Part shown: piece after piece, positions 52,201-64,000 of the stretch
Numbering within the stretch: position 1 is the stretch's first letter
Layout of the letters: every line of letters starts with the position of its first letter
NCBI GenBank assembly: GCA_035221665.1
Contig: CM069150.1
Coordinates: 37,200,001 to 37,264,000 of the forward strand
Direction: 5' to 3'
Source: Okamejei kenojei
Taxonomy: Eukaryota
Length of the DNA stretch: 64,000 nt
Made by a program: the position numbers and the translations under genes
Notes under the pieces: model-generated
Database searches by the model: none
Told to the model about the DNA's origin: nothing
Seen by the model: only the letters and a program-made list of their open reading frames with translations

Positions 52201-54092
52201 TAGAAACATTAAAAAAAATAGGTGCAGGATTAGACCATTCAGCCCTATGAGCCAGCACCGCCATTCAATATGATCACGACTGATCATCTAAAATCAATAC
52301 CCCGTTTCTGCTTTCCCCCCCCCCCCCCCCCCCATATCTCTTGATTCCTTTAGCCCTAAGAGCTAACTCTTGAAAACATCCAGTGAATTGGCCTGCACTG
52401 CCTTCTGTGGCAGAGAATTCCACGGATTCACAACTTTCTGGGAGAAGACGTTTTTCCTCATCTCAGTCCAAAATGGCCTGCCCCTTATTCTTAAACTGTG
52501 ACCCCTGGCTCTGGACTCCCCCAACATCGGGAAAATTTTTCCTGCATCTAACCTGTCCAATCCTTTAAGAATGTTATACCTTTCTATAAGATCCCGTCTC
52601 ATCCTAAATTACAAGCCCGGTCGACCCATTATTTTATTATATGTCAGTCCCGCCATCCTGGGAATTAACCTGGTGAACCTACGCTGCACTCCCTCAATAG
52701 CAACTAAGTCCTTCCTCAAATTAGGAAACTAAGATTGCACACAATACTACAGTTGCAGTCTCACCAGGGTCCTGTACAACCTAAACTCAAATCCTCTCGC
52801 AATGAAGGCCAACATGCCATTAGCATTCTTCTCTGCCTGCTGCACCTGCATGCTTACTTTCAGTGACTGATGTACATGCACATCCAGGTCTTGTTGCATC
52901 TCCCCTTTTCCTAATCTGACACCATTCAGATAATCTGTGTTCCTGTTCTTTCCACCAAAGCGGATAACCTCACATTTATCCACATGATATGGCATCTGTC
53001 CATTCACTCAACCTATCCAAGTCACCCTGTAGCCTCATAGCATCCTCGTCGCAGCTCACACTGCCATCCAGCTTTGTGTCATCCGCAAACGTGGAGATGT
53101 CACATTTAATTCCCTTGTCTAAATCGTTAATATATATTGTAAATAACTGGGGTCCCAGCACCGAGCCTTGTGGCACCCCACTAGTCATTGCCTGCCATTC
53201 TGAAAAGGACCCGTTAATTCCTACTCTTTGCTTCCTGTCTGCCAACCAGTTTTCTATCCATGTCAATACATACGCTGAATACCATGTGCTCTAATTTTGC
53301 ACACTAATCCCATATGTGGGGCCTTGTTAAAGGCTTCCTGAAAGTCCAGGTACTTGACATCCACTGACTCTCCCTTATCCATTATACTTGTTACATCCTT
53401 AAAAAATTCAAGTAGATTAATCAAGCATAATTTCCCCTTCATAAATCCATGCCTATTTTGACTGATCCTGTGGTAGACAAACATGCTTGAGAAACTCAGC
53501 GGTGAGGCAGCATCTATGGAGAGAAAGGAATAGGTGACGTTTCGGACGGAGACCCTTCTGATCCTGTCACTGCTTTCCAAATGCGCTGCTATAACATCTT
53601 TAATAATCGACTCGAGCATCTTCCCATCTACCAATGTAAGGCTAACTGGTCTATAATTCCCCGTTTTCTCTCTCCCTCCTTTCTTAATAAATTGAGAAAT
53701 TGGCTACCCTCCAGTCCACATGAACTGATCCAGAGTGGAGAGAACATTGGAAAATGATCACCAATGCATCCACAATTTCTAGGGCCACCTCCTTAGGTAT
53801 TCTGGAATGCAGACCATCAGGCCCTGGGGATTTATCTGCCTTCAATCCTAACAGTTTACCCAACACCGTTTCCTGATTAATGTGGATTCCCTTCAGTTCC
53901 TCCCTCCCACTAGATATACTCGGTCCACTAGTATTTCTGGGAGATTGTTTGTCTTCCTTAGTGAAGACAGAACCAAAGTACTCATTTAACTGCTCTGCCA
54001 TTTCCTTGTTTCCCATTATAAATTCACCTGTCTCTGACTGTAAGGGACCTACATTTGTTTTCACTAATCTTTTCCTTTTTACATATTTAAAG
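52201..54092 (-). mobile_element. ~1.9-kb CR1 LINE (ORF2 RT to 3' tail), frameshifted and interrupted by a pLTR insertion
   Basis: ORFs 53684..54064 (KSPGPDGLH), 53263..53634, 52976..53266 (SGVPQGSVLGP..FADDTKL), 52747..53007, 52363..52602. Confidence 0.95.
53472..53557 (-). mobile_element. 86-bp Penelope pLTR insertion inside the CR1, with a 10-bp TSD
   Basis: TSD CTGATCCTGT at 53462-53471 and 53558-53567. Confidence 0.85.
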
Positions 54093-54899
54093 ACATTTGA
54101 CAGATAGCTAATTTGTTTTAATTTGTTTGTTTGCTGGGAACAAAAGCATCAATTTTTTTTACAAATGTGGAAAAATGGGTACTTTGCAGGGACACTGCAA
54201 ATGTGCTAAATCAAAGAGATGGGAGAACTGGACTAAAGGGTTTATTAAAGTTACAAGCTTTAAGAACATGGCAAAAAGATGTTGATGTGTGGGAAAGAGC
54301 TGCAGATGCTGGTTTAAATCGAGGGTAGTCGCAAAATGCTGGAGTAACTCAGCGGGTCCGGCAGCATCTCTGGAGCGAAGGAGTGGGATTTTGGATTAAA
54401 GTTGGCTAATGAAGAAAAGGGTGATGGGTTGGTGAAGGAAATGGAACAAAAATAGTTAAAACTTGGAAAACAATACATTTGAAGAGTTGAGGTTGGTGGT
54501 GTGCTGATATGAAACAAGGTTCAATGTTACATGACCTTGAATGGAATCAGGTTATAGGTAACAAACTATAAAATGCTGAAATTTACAGACTGGTGCTGAT
54601 ATTAACTGGTAATTTGAGGCAGAGGTGGGAGAAAAGTGTTTTTCTACCAGGATGGAAATAAAGGATAACATTTCACAATTGTGGTTCAAGGTTAAAGGAC
54701 AGTCTGATTAATACCAAGATGGTGCCTGGAAATGGATAGCGTCGGTTGGTAGAGATTTGTGAAAACAGTCATAGCCTGTTACTTTGATCCTATATAGCTG
54801 GAAAAATTATTTTTTCATCAAGGCTGGCAGTTGAAGATTTGGAAGGTCATTTAAATGTGGAAGATGTATAGCTGAAATAAAAACATCCAATTATTTGAA

Positions 54900-55330
54900 G
54901 TTTTAACAGGTTAGGCAACATCTGAGGGGAATGGAGTTAATGCTTTCAGTCAATAACCTCATTCTAACGAACCTCTACGTGAGCTCAGAGAACAGTTACC
55001 CTTCTTTTGATTAGATGTGTCACTGCCTTCCTGACGCAGGTAATCGGCAATTCTTGAGGTAAGCAGTAGGTCTGTATGGGAGTGAGATGAAACATGGGGT
55101 CAACTTGCTGAATTGAAAGGAGGTCTTCTACAAAATGGTCAGCCAGTCTGCTTTTTGGTTTCTTCATTGGATCGGGGACTGCATGATGGCCATTTAAAGA
55201 AACATATTAAAATGGCAGATGTACAAGTAAATTGCTGCTTCGACAGGAGGATGGTGGGATCCAATAAACTTAAAAGCACATTTCTATCAGTTGTTAGGGA
55301 AGACAATACAGTTGTGTGGCCATGAATGTT
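54900..55330 (-). mobile_element. Decayed Penelope GIY-YIG region
   Basis: KSRLADHFVEDLLS (ORF 54985..55167) matches ETKRRLADHFAQHLRS of the 13.4-15.3 kb element. Confidence 0.6.
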
Positions 55331-55384
55331 GCAAAGGAATATAATTGAAGGGGAAAAGTGAAGAGAGTATCAAAAATGGATTGA

Positions 55385-55945
55385 AGATAGAACAAAACAG
55401 CACTTTGGCCTACAATATATGTGCTGAGCATGATGTCAATTTAAACTCTGCCTGTTTGTGATCCACATCCTTCCATTCCCGGATATTAATGTGTGTATCT
55501 AACATGCCACGGTCGTATATGCTTCCTCCACCACCTCTGGCGATGCACTTCAGGCACCCGCCACTCTATGTGTAAAAAAAACTTGCACCACACATCTCCT
55601 TTAAACGTATCTCCTCTCCCCTTAAACCTATATCCTCCACCCTGGGAAAAACATTCTGACTGTCTATCATATCTATGTGCCTCATAATTTATATACTTAT
55701 ATCAAGTTGCCCCTCAGTCTCGGCTCCAGAAAAAAAGTCCCAAGTTTATCCAACCTCGCGTTACAGCTGATGCACTAAGCAATGTAGCAACATGATAAAC
55801 CCCTTCTGCACCCTCTCCATATCTGTCTATAATGGGGCAACTTGAGTTGCACACAATACTTCAAATGTGGCAGTACCAGTTTTGTAAAGCTGCAACGTGA
55901 CTTCCTGACTCTTGCACTCAGTGCCCTGGCCAATGAAAGCAAGTC
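55385..55945 (-). mobile_element. Degraded CR1 3' fragment
   Basis: LVLPHLKYCVQ; CCACTCTATGTGTAAAAAAAACTTGC. Confidence 0.75.
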
Positions 55946-57289
55946 TATCAAGCTGTGATCCAATTACATAGTGATATTTTGAAATGGTAATGACATTGTA
56001 GGATTAAATACACACAAATTGGGAGTCTTTAGATCTTTGCTTTAGTGCAGTCTGATGCATTGTCTTTATTTAAGAAAATAGTGTGCGGTTTATGGTTTTG
56101 ATGACACATTCAACTTACCGAACCTATGCAAGCTGTAAGATCATTTTCATCGGTATCAGTTTGTAGCCTATTCTCCCTTGCATACTCATGCACCAGGGAG
56201 GAGGGGGCAATTCACAATAGATGGTGTACCATCACATCTTTGCGATTTGAGATAATATAACAGATATCAGTACATTCAGTGGAAGCTCACAGAGCAATTG
56301 GAAAGTATGCAGGCATTCAAAGTCGGAGTTGGACCATTGAGCTGTGAGGCAGCAATGGTACCTGCTTTGCCATTGTATAATCCTTGCTGGTCAGCAAGAG
56401 GACTGACTGCATGCAATAATGTCCTTACTAAACTGTAAATTGCAAGGTAAAATGCAATTTTGCAAAACATATTTTTCTGTACAAATTTGCAATGGAGAAG
56501 GATCCACATTGGGGCCTGAACACATTTTAGGTGTTCTTAATCTGTGCTGTTTTTTATTAGCTGTTCTATATATAAATCACTGCAAGAGGTTGAATTTTAC
56601 TTTATTCTTCAGTTTGGTGTATCTCCAGTGTGCTGTTCCTCTAATTCTTTGTTATGCTTCCCTCGCTGCATCCATCTTACTTGTGACATGAACACTGTAA
56701 TTGTGGGGGGAGATTTTCCTGCCAAACTGAAGGGATGGTGTAATTCTACTTTATTGTCATTGCCATGGCTGAGCTATTATATGTTTAGCAAGCTGTAAAA
56801 CAAGGTAATTTTCTCACTAGCTAATAACATTGGTATGCTTAAACTATACTTTCACTCCTCTGGCTTGATACTACTTGTAATATAATTAGTCTTGATGGCA
56901 AACCTCTGGTATTTCACCCAAAAAAAGTGTTTGCTACCCATGAGGTGTTGAATTCTATCTAAATGGCAGTGTAAATTGAAATAAAATGCAGAAAAAGAAA
57001 GGAAATGATATATTTTGAGAATAGGCCTGTCTCATACAACTTGTGGGTTGAGCTAAACTTGTGTAATATTAAAATGGCAGGCCTTTAACTTTTTTTACTC
57101 TGAAAAATGTGTGTTAAATATTTGTTATTCACAGTGTGCTTTACTCACAAAAATGGTTGTTCTACAACCTAGATTTTGCAGAAATAACGGCTGAGTAAAA
57201 GTGAAACTGTTATATGCCTCTGTTTGTTCATATTATTGACCCAGAGAATGCATCTGTGTAATTGCATATGAAAAGTTTATATTTTGCTT

Positions 57290-57355
57290 CATAATAATAA
57301 TAATAATAATAACTTTATTACGGATTCAAGGTCCAGACAAGGGGCAACATTACAT
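57290..57355 (-). mobile_element. LINE 3' end with ATT-repeat tail ((TAA)n on +)
   Basis: (ATA)n followed by ACTTTATT (reverse AATAAA). Confidence 0.45.
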
Positions 57356-59034
57356 TTTAAAAAATGCATTGCATCTCAAATATCATAAATATATATAAAA
57401 TCCTGGTAAATCACATAAAAACATCATAATTTATATATTTAAATAAAAAATAGTGAAAGTAATTGCAGATACCTAATGGACAGTCGCTGACATTCAAGCA
57501 TATTTATTTTTTTGACTCAGTCAGCCATTTTACACCTCTTTGGTTGTAATATTTAATTTTCCAAATGTGGTCACTTTTATCTTTTTCTGTTTGGTTATTT
57601 GGCATTGCACATCTTGTTGATATTTCTGTTCAGATGATGTATTTTAGTATGGATGGAGAAATATTTACTTATATTAATGTCGGGTCTGATTTCACATTTT
57701 AATTTTATTGAGCAGCTCCAGTGATATTTGTTAATGGATATGTCTTCCCTTATGCACAGTTTGCAAATGAAAATCTGACTCAACATGACCTAATCTTGTA
57801 AACTGTCGTTCATTTTGTTTGTGGCAGAGCAGTTGGAGCTTGTGTATGATGAAGCAACTTTGGTCCTTAAGTTTTTCTTCCGTAACATTTTCTTGCTATT
57901 ATCCATTTATTTTTTACGTTCCAGTGTTTGGTTACAGTGACTTGGACGGGGTATGAGTAACTCCTTTCATACATCACAAAAAAAACTACCTTTTCATACA
58001 TAGCAACCAAATGCAGTGTTTTAAAAACAAAACGGTGTTTTAAAATATTAATCCATTTTGAATTTGAGTCTAGGCATAATAAGGGTTTTACAATTGTGCA
58101 GGTTTTATGGACCATTGCACAAACTTTGCTAACAAATCAACTGTGCATGGCAACTTGGGTTGAGAATATTTTTAAATAACAAATATTTAAAATGTATGTT
58201 TCAATCTAATTTACCTAGACTGCTTGGTTGGAAAAGACTGATCAGTGGCATGATACAATTGAGGGCGAAGGAAAAGAGAAATTGTGCACCAAATTAACAT
58301 CTATTGAAGGTATACTTTCCTTTAGACATTTCCATGTTTGAAAGCTCTAATTTATTTTAGTTTATTTGATTGCTTAATTAGATCTTTTTAATCTAAATTT
58401 CCGAATGTAAATGTGTAAAATTTAATCTAATCCACTAAACAGGTTGCAAATTCTCCGATATCTATTATATTATCTGATATCTTCTGTAGAAAATCTTTTC
58501 TTACCTGGAATTACTTCAAATCAAACACTCAGTCATTTTCAAATTATTTAAAATATCAAATATGTAACCTGGAGTGCCAGGCGTGCTCACCAAAAATGTT
58601 TCTTATGAAGCATCTGTTGTAACTGCCCAACTCTGAACTAATTTGAGATAGCCTATTTACTATCAATGTGCCAACATTAGAACGATTTATCACATAGTTC
58701 CCTTTCTGATTAACCTTTTAATTTTCATGCTGCCATTTAGTTGTTTTGACATTTTGTCCATTCAAAAGTTGTACTTTGTTTCCTACAGAGATCCCCTTCA
58801 TCCACAAGCTGTTAAATCTGGGGACAAAAGTTCAGGTGAGATGGTTTATTCAATGTATTGGCGTCTAAAATACAGACTTTTGCTGATTCAGGTAGTTATA
58901 GAAACATTCTCAATGTAAAACATTAACATTAATGCTCTCCGCTAATGCTGTTCCACTGGAGTATTTCCAGTATTTCATTACTTTATTTGCAGTTTTCCGC
59001 ATCAGTAATATTTAATATATTGTGTGTGTGTGTG

Positions 59035-59053
59035 TGGCCTCCAGGGGGTGCAA
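59035..59053 (+). promoter_or_regulatory. CTCF-type motif TGGCCTCCAGGGGGTGCAA
   Basis: Near-consensus (TGGCCACCAGGGGGCGCTA) in otherwise AT-rich intron, directly after a (TG)n tract. Confidence 0.55.
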
Positions 59054-59289
59054 ACTGTTCTCTGATTCTGGTTTCTGTAAGTTCCTGGAGTCTAAACTCC
59101 ACTTGTTACAATTTGGAACTTAATGGATGAGTATTCAAAAGAGATCTCAATAAAACAATGAAGGAAGGAGCTCAAGCTTGCCCCACCATTAAATATGACC
59201 ATAGCCAAGAGGTTGCCTTGTACCTCCTCTGTGTCAGTTCCCTATAACCCTCAATTCCTCGATCTTTACAGTATTTATCCATAACGAGT

Positions 59290-59735
59290 CACAAGGTTAA
59301 TTCGCGGGATGGCGGGACTGTTATATGCTGAGAGAATGGAGCGGCAGGGCTTGTATACCCTGGAATTTAGAAGGATGAGAGGCGATCTTATTGAAACATA
59401 TAAGATTACGGTTTGGGCACACTCGAGGCAGGAAACATGTTCCCGATGTTGGGGGAGTCCAGAACCAGGGGCCACAGATTAAGAATAAGGGGTAAGCCAT
59501 TTAGAACGGAGATGAGGAAACCCTTTCTCACACAGAGTTGTGAGTCTGTGGAATTCTCTGCCTCAGGTGGAGGCCGTTTCTCTGGATACTTTCAAGTGAG
59601 AGGGCTCTTAAAGATAGCGGAGTCAGGGGATATGGGCAGGAACGGGGTACTGATTGTGGATGATCCGCCATGATCACATTGAATGGCGGTGCTGGCTTGA
59701 AGGGCCGAATGTCTACTCCTGCACCTATTGTTTAT
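59290..59735 (+). mobile_element. CR1 3' end
   Basis: LEAGNMFPMLGESRTRGHRLRIRGKPFRTEMRK; tail GAAGGGCCGAATG.CTACTCCTGCACCTATT. Confidence 0.92.
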
Positions 59736-60911
59736 TGTCCACAATAGGTATCTAATGGTCTGGCTATCCTCATCCTCTGTAACAGAGCATTCCAGAACTT
59801 CACTGCGCTTAAAATCTCCTTGCATTTTAATTTAACTTACCAGCCCTTTATTTTGTGGGGATGTCTCCATAGTTTGTGACTTCCACTTATGCAAATAATT
59901 AAATCCTCCCTGTCCAACCTCTTAGGATCTTTTTGAGGAAGGTCAACCAACATTCTTCTACACTCCAAGGAATGCAGACTCAATCGGTGCAGCTTATTGG
60001 TAACACAACTCCTTCATTTGTGCACTACAATAATTAAATCCCTGAACTTGACTCATTTGCAGGCGCTTGCCATTTAAATATTCTGCCTTTTGATTCCTCC
60101 TACCAATATTTATGGAAATATTAGATTGATATTGGAGGTTTTGTTGAATTTTGGGAAATCTATCAGAGATCTGTCATGTTGAGACATGGTGGAGATTTGA
60201 TCTAAGGGGCATTGGTAAAAGTATGGATTTAAGTTATTTCCTGGTGTGTTGCAATATGAGGTGCATGTGAATAATCCACTGTTTAACCCCCATCTCTTGT
60301 GGTTTGGTTTCAAAATTACTTGTATGGCTGTGCCACATCAACAAAATGACCATTCTTCATGCATGAATCCAGACACTGAATTCTACCAGGTTTATTTGAG
60401 TTCACTGCACACCATCAAATCCTGGAACAGTTAAACATCTTGAGATATTGAATCGTTTACTAATGTCTTAGTGGCCACAAACCAGAATTAAATGTATTTT
60501 TAATTTCTTATAATTTAACAGTTGAGAGGTCTGAAAATAAATGAAATCTTGAACTTCGTTTTTCTTTCTTCAATTATTATTATTTTCAGTCAGACAACTT
60601 TCTTACAAGGAGCTTCAGATGATGGAATCTTGCATAGAACACAAAGTACTGGAGTTGCTCAATAGGTCGGGCAGCATCTCTGGAGGACGTGAGTAGGCGG
60701 CATTCCAAGATGTCACCTATCCATGTCCCACAGACATGTTGCCTGATCTGCTGGGTTGGTTATTCCAGCACTTTGAATTCTCCCCAAAAATTTTATATAA
60801 ATACATACCTGTTGTGAGTGCTCCACAGAGCATCGTGCCTAATAAAGCCTAAGATGATTCATTTGATGTGATATTCCCTTAGTTTGTGGATGTTTCACAG
60901 TCCTGCTACTA

Positions 60912-61110
60912 CAGGTCCACCATTGATTTTCTGGCAACTGGTGGTCCGGCACTTCCTTTAAACTGGAAAAAACCACGAGAGCACATTTGAACCCCACTTC
61001 CAGAAATCCCCACCGAAAATGTGCACAGGCTGGGTGAGGGGACCGATCTCAGCCTCATCGGCACCTGTGCGGCCGAGCGGTGGGTTGAAATTGCCTCCTG
61101 CGGTCGCGGC
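60912..61110 (+). mobile_element. DNA-transposon end (TA-CAGG start), copy 2
   Basis: Colinear similarity with 29035-29225. Confidence 0.65.
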
Positions 61111-61179
61111 TCTGGAATCCAGCAGATCAAAGGTTCTTAAAAGCCCTTATAGTACCTAACCCCATTTTCACTCTTGTCA

Positions 61180-62340
61180 GTTTGTTTCAGGCACCCACTA
61201 CACCCTGAAAAATAAAATAGAAAATGTGCCCTGCACATCTCCTTTAAATTTTGCCTGTCTCGCTTTAAAGTTTGACATTTCCAGGGGGAAATGGGTATAA
61301 TTGTCTACCCTATTTATGCCTCTCACATTTTGTTACATACCTATGTGTCGGGTGTCCCCTGGAAAATAATGATTCTCCAGAGAAAATAATCCAAGCTTGT
61401 CCAACCTTTTCTAGCTAATACCCTCTAATCACAGCAGCATCCCTGTAAATCTGTTCTGTGTCCTTGACAAAGCCTTCATTTCCTAGTAATGGACCAATCA
61501 GAACTGCGCACGATATTGCAAATGCGGCCTAACCAGACCCCTATCAAGCTGCACATACTTATGCCCTGACTGATGAAGTTGAGCAAACCATATGCCGCCT
61601 TTATCCACGTGTTGCTACATTCAGGACACAATTGAACCCCAAGATTCCTCTGTATAACAATGCAGTTAAGGCTCTTGCCATTAATTATATATTTTCCCCA
61701 TACATTTGACCCCCCAAAATGCTACACCATGTGCTCAGTCGGATTGGTGTAGCTTTTTCTCTGTACATTTGCTTTTTCTCTGTACATTATTATAGATGAT
61801 CTTATAAGGCAATGAATACTTTGGCAGCCTTCCTCACTTCACTGGTTTTGGTGTAATCTGCAAACATACTAACCAATCCATTTACATTAATAGGTAGACA
61901 AAAGTGCTGGAGAAACTCAGCGGGTGAGGCAGCATCTATGGAGCGAAGGAAATGGGAAACGTTTCAAGCCAAAATCTTTCTTCAGACTGGAAGAAGGGTT
62001 TCAGCCCTAAATGTTGCCTAATTCCTACGCTCCATAGATGCTGCCTCATCTGCTGAGTTTCTCCAGCACTTTTGTCTACCTTTGATTTTCCAGCATCTGC
62101 AGTTCCGTCTTAAACACTTACATTAATATCCTAGTTGTTTGTATGTTTTTCAGAAACACCATAGCCACAGCACATATATACCTGCGTAATTCCGCTGGTC
62201 TCAGACTTCCAGCCAGAATAACCTTTCCACCACAACCCTCTGTCCTCTGAGTGAGTCAGTTCTGAATCCAAATGACCAAGTCACAATGGGTCTTAATCTT
62301 CTGGATCAGATCCCCTTGAGAGACTTCATCGGTCATTTCC
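61180..62340 (-). mobile_element. Degraded CR1 hosting a younger pLTR insertion
   Basis: CAGCATCCCTGTAAATC...CAGAACTGCGCACGATATTGCAAATGCGGCCTAACC...GTGTAATCTGCAAAC. Confidence 0.7.
61893..62117. mobile_element. Inverted (head-to-head) Penelope pLTR pair plus 37-nt tail, with an 11-bp TSD
   Basis: GGTAGACAAAAGTGCTGGAGAAACTCAGC...GCTGAGTTTCTCCAGCACTTTTGTCTACC (61893-62080); tail 62081-62117; TSD TTACATTAATA at 61882-61892 and 62118-62128. Confidence 0.9.
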
Positions 62341-62773
62341 ATGATATCAGAATTCATCAGTGTTATACAAATCTATTGCTGGTCTGCATATTATTACCTC
62401 TTAAGCTTGATTGATCAATTCACAAGTAATGTGGAATCTGGTACGAAATTTGAACATAGGAGGGATATGGTCTGAGTGCAGGTAGATTAGGGGAAAACAA
62501 ATGGTCGGCACGGACTGGAAGTGCCGAGAGGGCCTGTTTCTGTGCTGTAATTGTTATATGGTTATAGTCGTTAATGGAATGGGATACTAAGCATTTGAAG
62601 AAATCCATACACCGCAAAGAAAATGCACAAGTATATTTATTTCATTCCTACAGTGGTTTCACTTGGGTTGTTTAATGATATGTAGTTCTTGGTAATTTAT
62701 GCCACATTTAACCTTATTTTGAAAATAATTCCATCGGGGCTTACCTGTGCTCTTTTTGGTTTGAACAGAAACG

Positions 62774-62881
62774 ATGTACCAGCTTCCTGTTAACAACCTT
62801 GCAAATCTAAGAAAAGCTCGTAAAACGGTGAAAAAAATCCTTACTGATATTGGGTTAGATTATTGTAAAGACCATATCGAG
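62774..62881 (+). CDS. ADNP: ADNP first coding exon (exon 62769-62881; 5 nt UTR + 108 nt CDS): [36 protein letters not shown]
   Basis: Matches human ADNP N-terminus [36 protein letters not shown]. ttgaacAG acceptor, GAG|GTAAGT donor. Adjacency to DPM1 favours ADNP over ADNP2. Confidence 0.95.
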
Positions 62882-63149
62882 GTAAGTAGAATGCATTTTG
62901 GAAGGGGTTGAAATTATATCACATCCTAATTGTACCAGGATTTTGTTAGCATTTCAAAATGAACATAGCAAGTTAAGGCAATTATTACATTTATTATATG
63001 ATGGTCCAGAATTTGCTGTTCTTAAGTTGTAGAAATTGCAACTAGGGAGATGTTATTCTGATGTGATAAAAGGATGCTCTTCTGGATGACAAAGTATTAC
63101 AGAGCTTTACTAAATTTATTCCATAATGCCACGAGTGCTGGTTGGATCT

Positions 63150-63960
63150 GGATATGTAGGGTAAAATTTCAAATATCTTCTAATAGTGCAGAACTTGAAA
63201 TTATGGTAAACAGTGAAGAAGAAAATAGGAGACTGCAAGAAGACAGGGTGGCACAATGTGGAATTCCGCAGGCACATGGAAGTGGCAGATGGAATTTAAT
63301 ACAATTTAAATAAAGTAATTGGCAGAAAGAATGAGACAGTGTAGATCAAATGGCAGTGTTCTTGATGTATTGTTATGCATTGATGGAGTAGTGAGTAAAG
63401 TTTATGGCAAAGAATGTAAAAGCAGGAAAACTGCATAAGATCCCCACAAGTTGTATGAGGACAGGGTATAAGTTATTTGTTTGGTCACAACAAGAGGATT
63501 GTATCCAATTCTGGCTACTACCTGTTAAGAGAGGTTGAGTAGATCCAAGACTATTTAAAAAATTAAAAAAAAAAAAATTCCAGGTTGATGTTTGACTTAA
63601 AGTTTGGATTACTCTTTTCAGAGCATAGGCGGTTGAGAAGCAAATTGAAGATGTATAAGATCATGATTGTTTTAATATGAAAAGTAGAGGGAACTGTACT
63701 TAGAAGCAGTGCTTCAAAGACAAGATGGCGCAAATTTCAAATTTGGATAGAATAAGGGGAATAATAGCAATCCTGCATAAAATATTGGGTTGCAAATAGA
63801 CTATTATTAATTTGTAGAAATGTAACCTCGGTTGAATAAGTGTATATTTATAACCTGGAACAGTGACCGTAAGAGCCCTGGAAAAGATTACACAAGGCTT
63901 TAAAAAGAGAATTGGAATTGCACTCTAGGGACAAAAATTTGCCAGGGAATGAGTCTGATA
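63150..63960 (+). mobile_element. Old decayed CR1 fragment
   Basis: NSEEENRRLQED, GTGGCAGATGGAATTTAAT, GTATCCAATTCTGG, CCTGGAACAG in CR1 order. Confidence 0.6.
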
Positions 63961-64000
63961 ATCCTGCTTTACTATAAGATGTATTGTCATTTGTCTGGCC

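Noticed and set aside
57846-57960. Box C motif ATGATGA (possible intronic C/D snoRNA)
   Set aside because: No box D (CTGA) with a terminal stem at a suitable distance.
63721-63731. YY1-like CAAGATGGCGC
   Set aside because: Isolated match inside a decayed CR1, with no supporting promoter context.

Overview
Eukaryotic (vertebrate) genomic DNA. The repeat content (CR1 LINEs, HE1-like V-SINEs, Penelope-like elements, Rex1/Babar) suggests a cartilaginous fish such as a skate or ray; this is inference only. The window holds two + strand genes in the tandem order known from human chr20. The first is DPM1 (dolichol-phosphate mannose synthase catalytic subunit): coding exons 2-9 at 16354-35003, with exon 1 outside the window. 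The second is the 5' part of ADNP: a CpG-island promoter and non-coding exon 1 at ~42150-42630, a probable non-coding exon 2 carrying uORFs at ~45680-45879, and the first coding exon at 62769-62881. Nearly all long ORFs in the supplied track are retroelement debris or low-complexity artefacts. The most interesting signal is a family of short Penelope-derived pseudo-LTR insertions, often palindromic and some with target-site duplications. They carry a minimal type-I hammerhead ribozyme core, and one copy with an intact core lies in sense orientation in DPM1 intron 8 (33184-33211).
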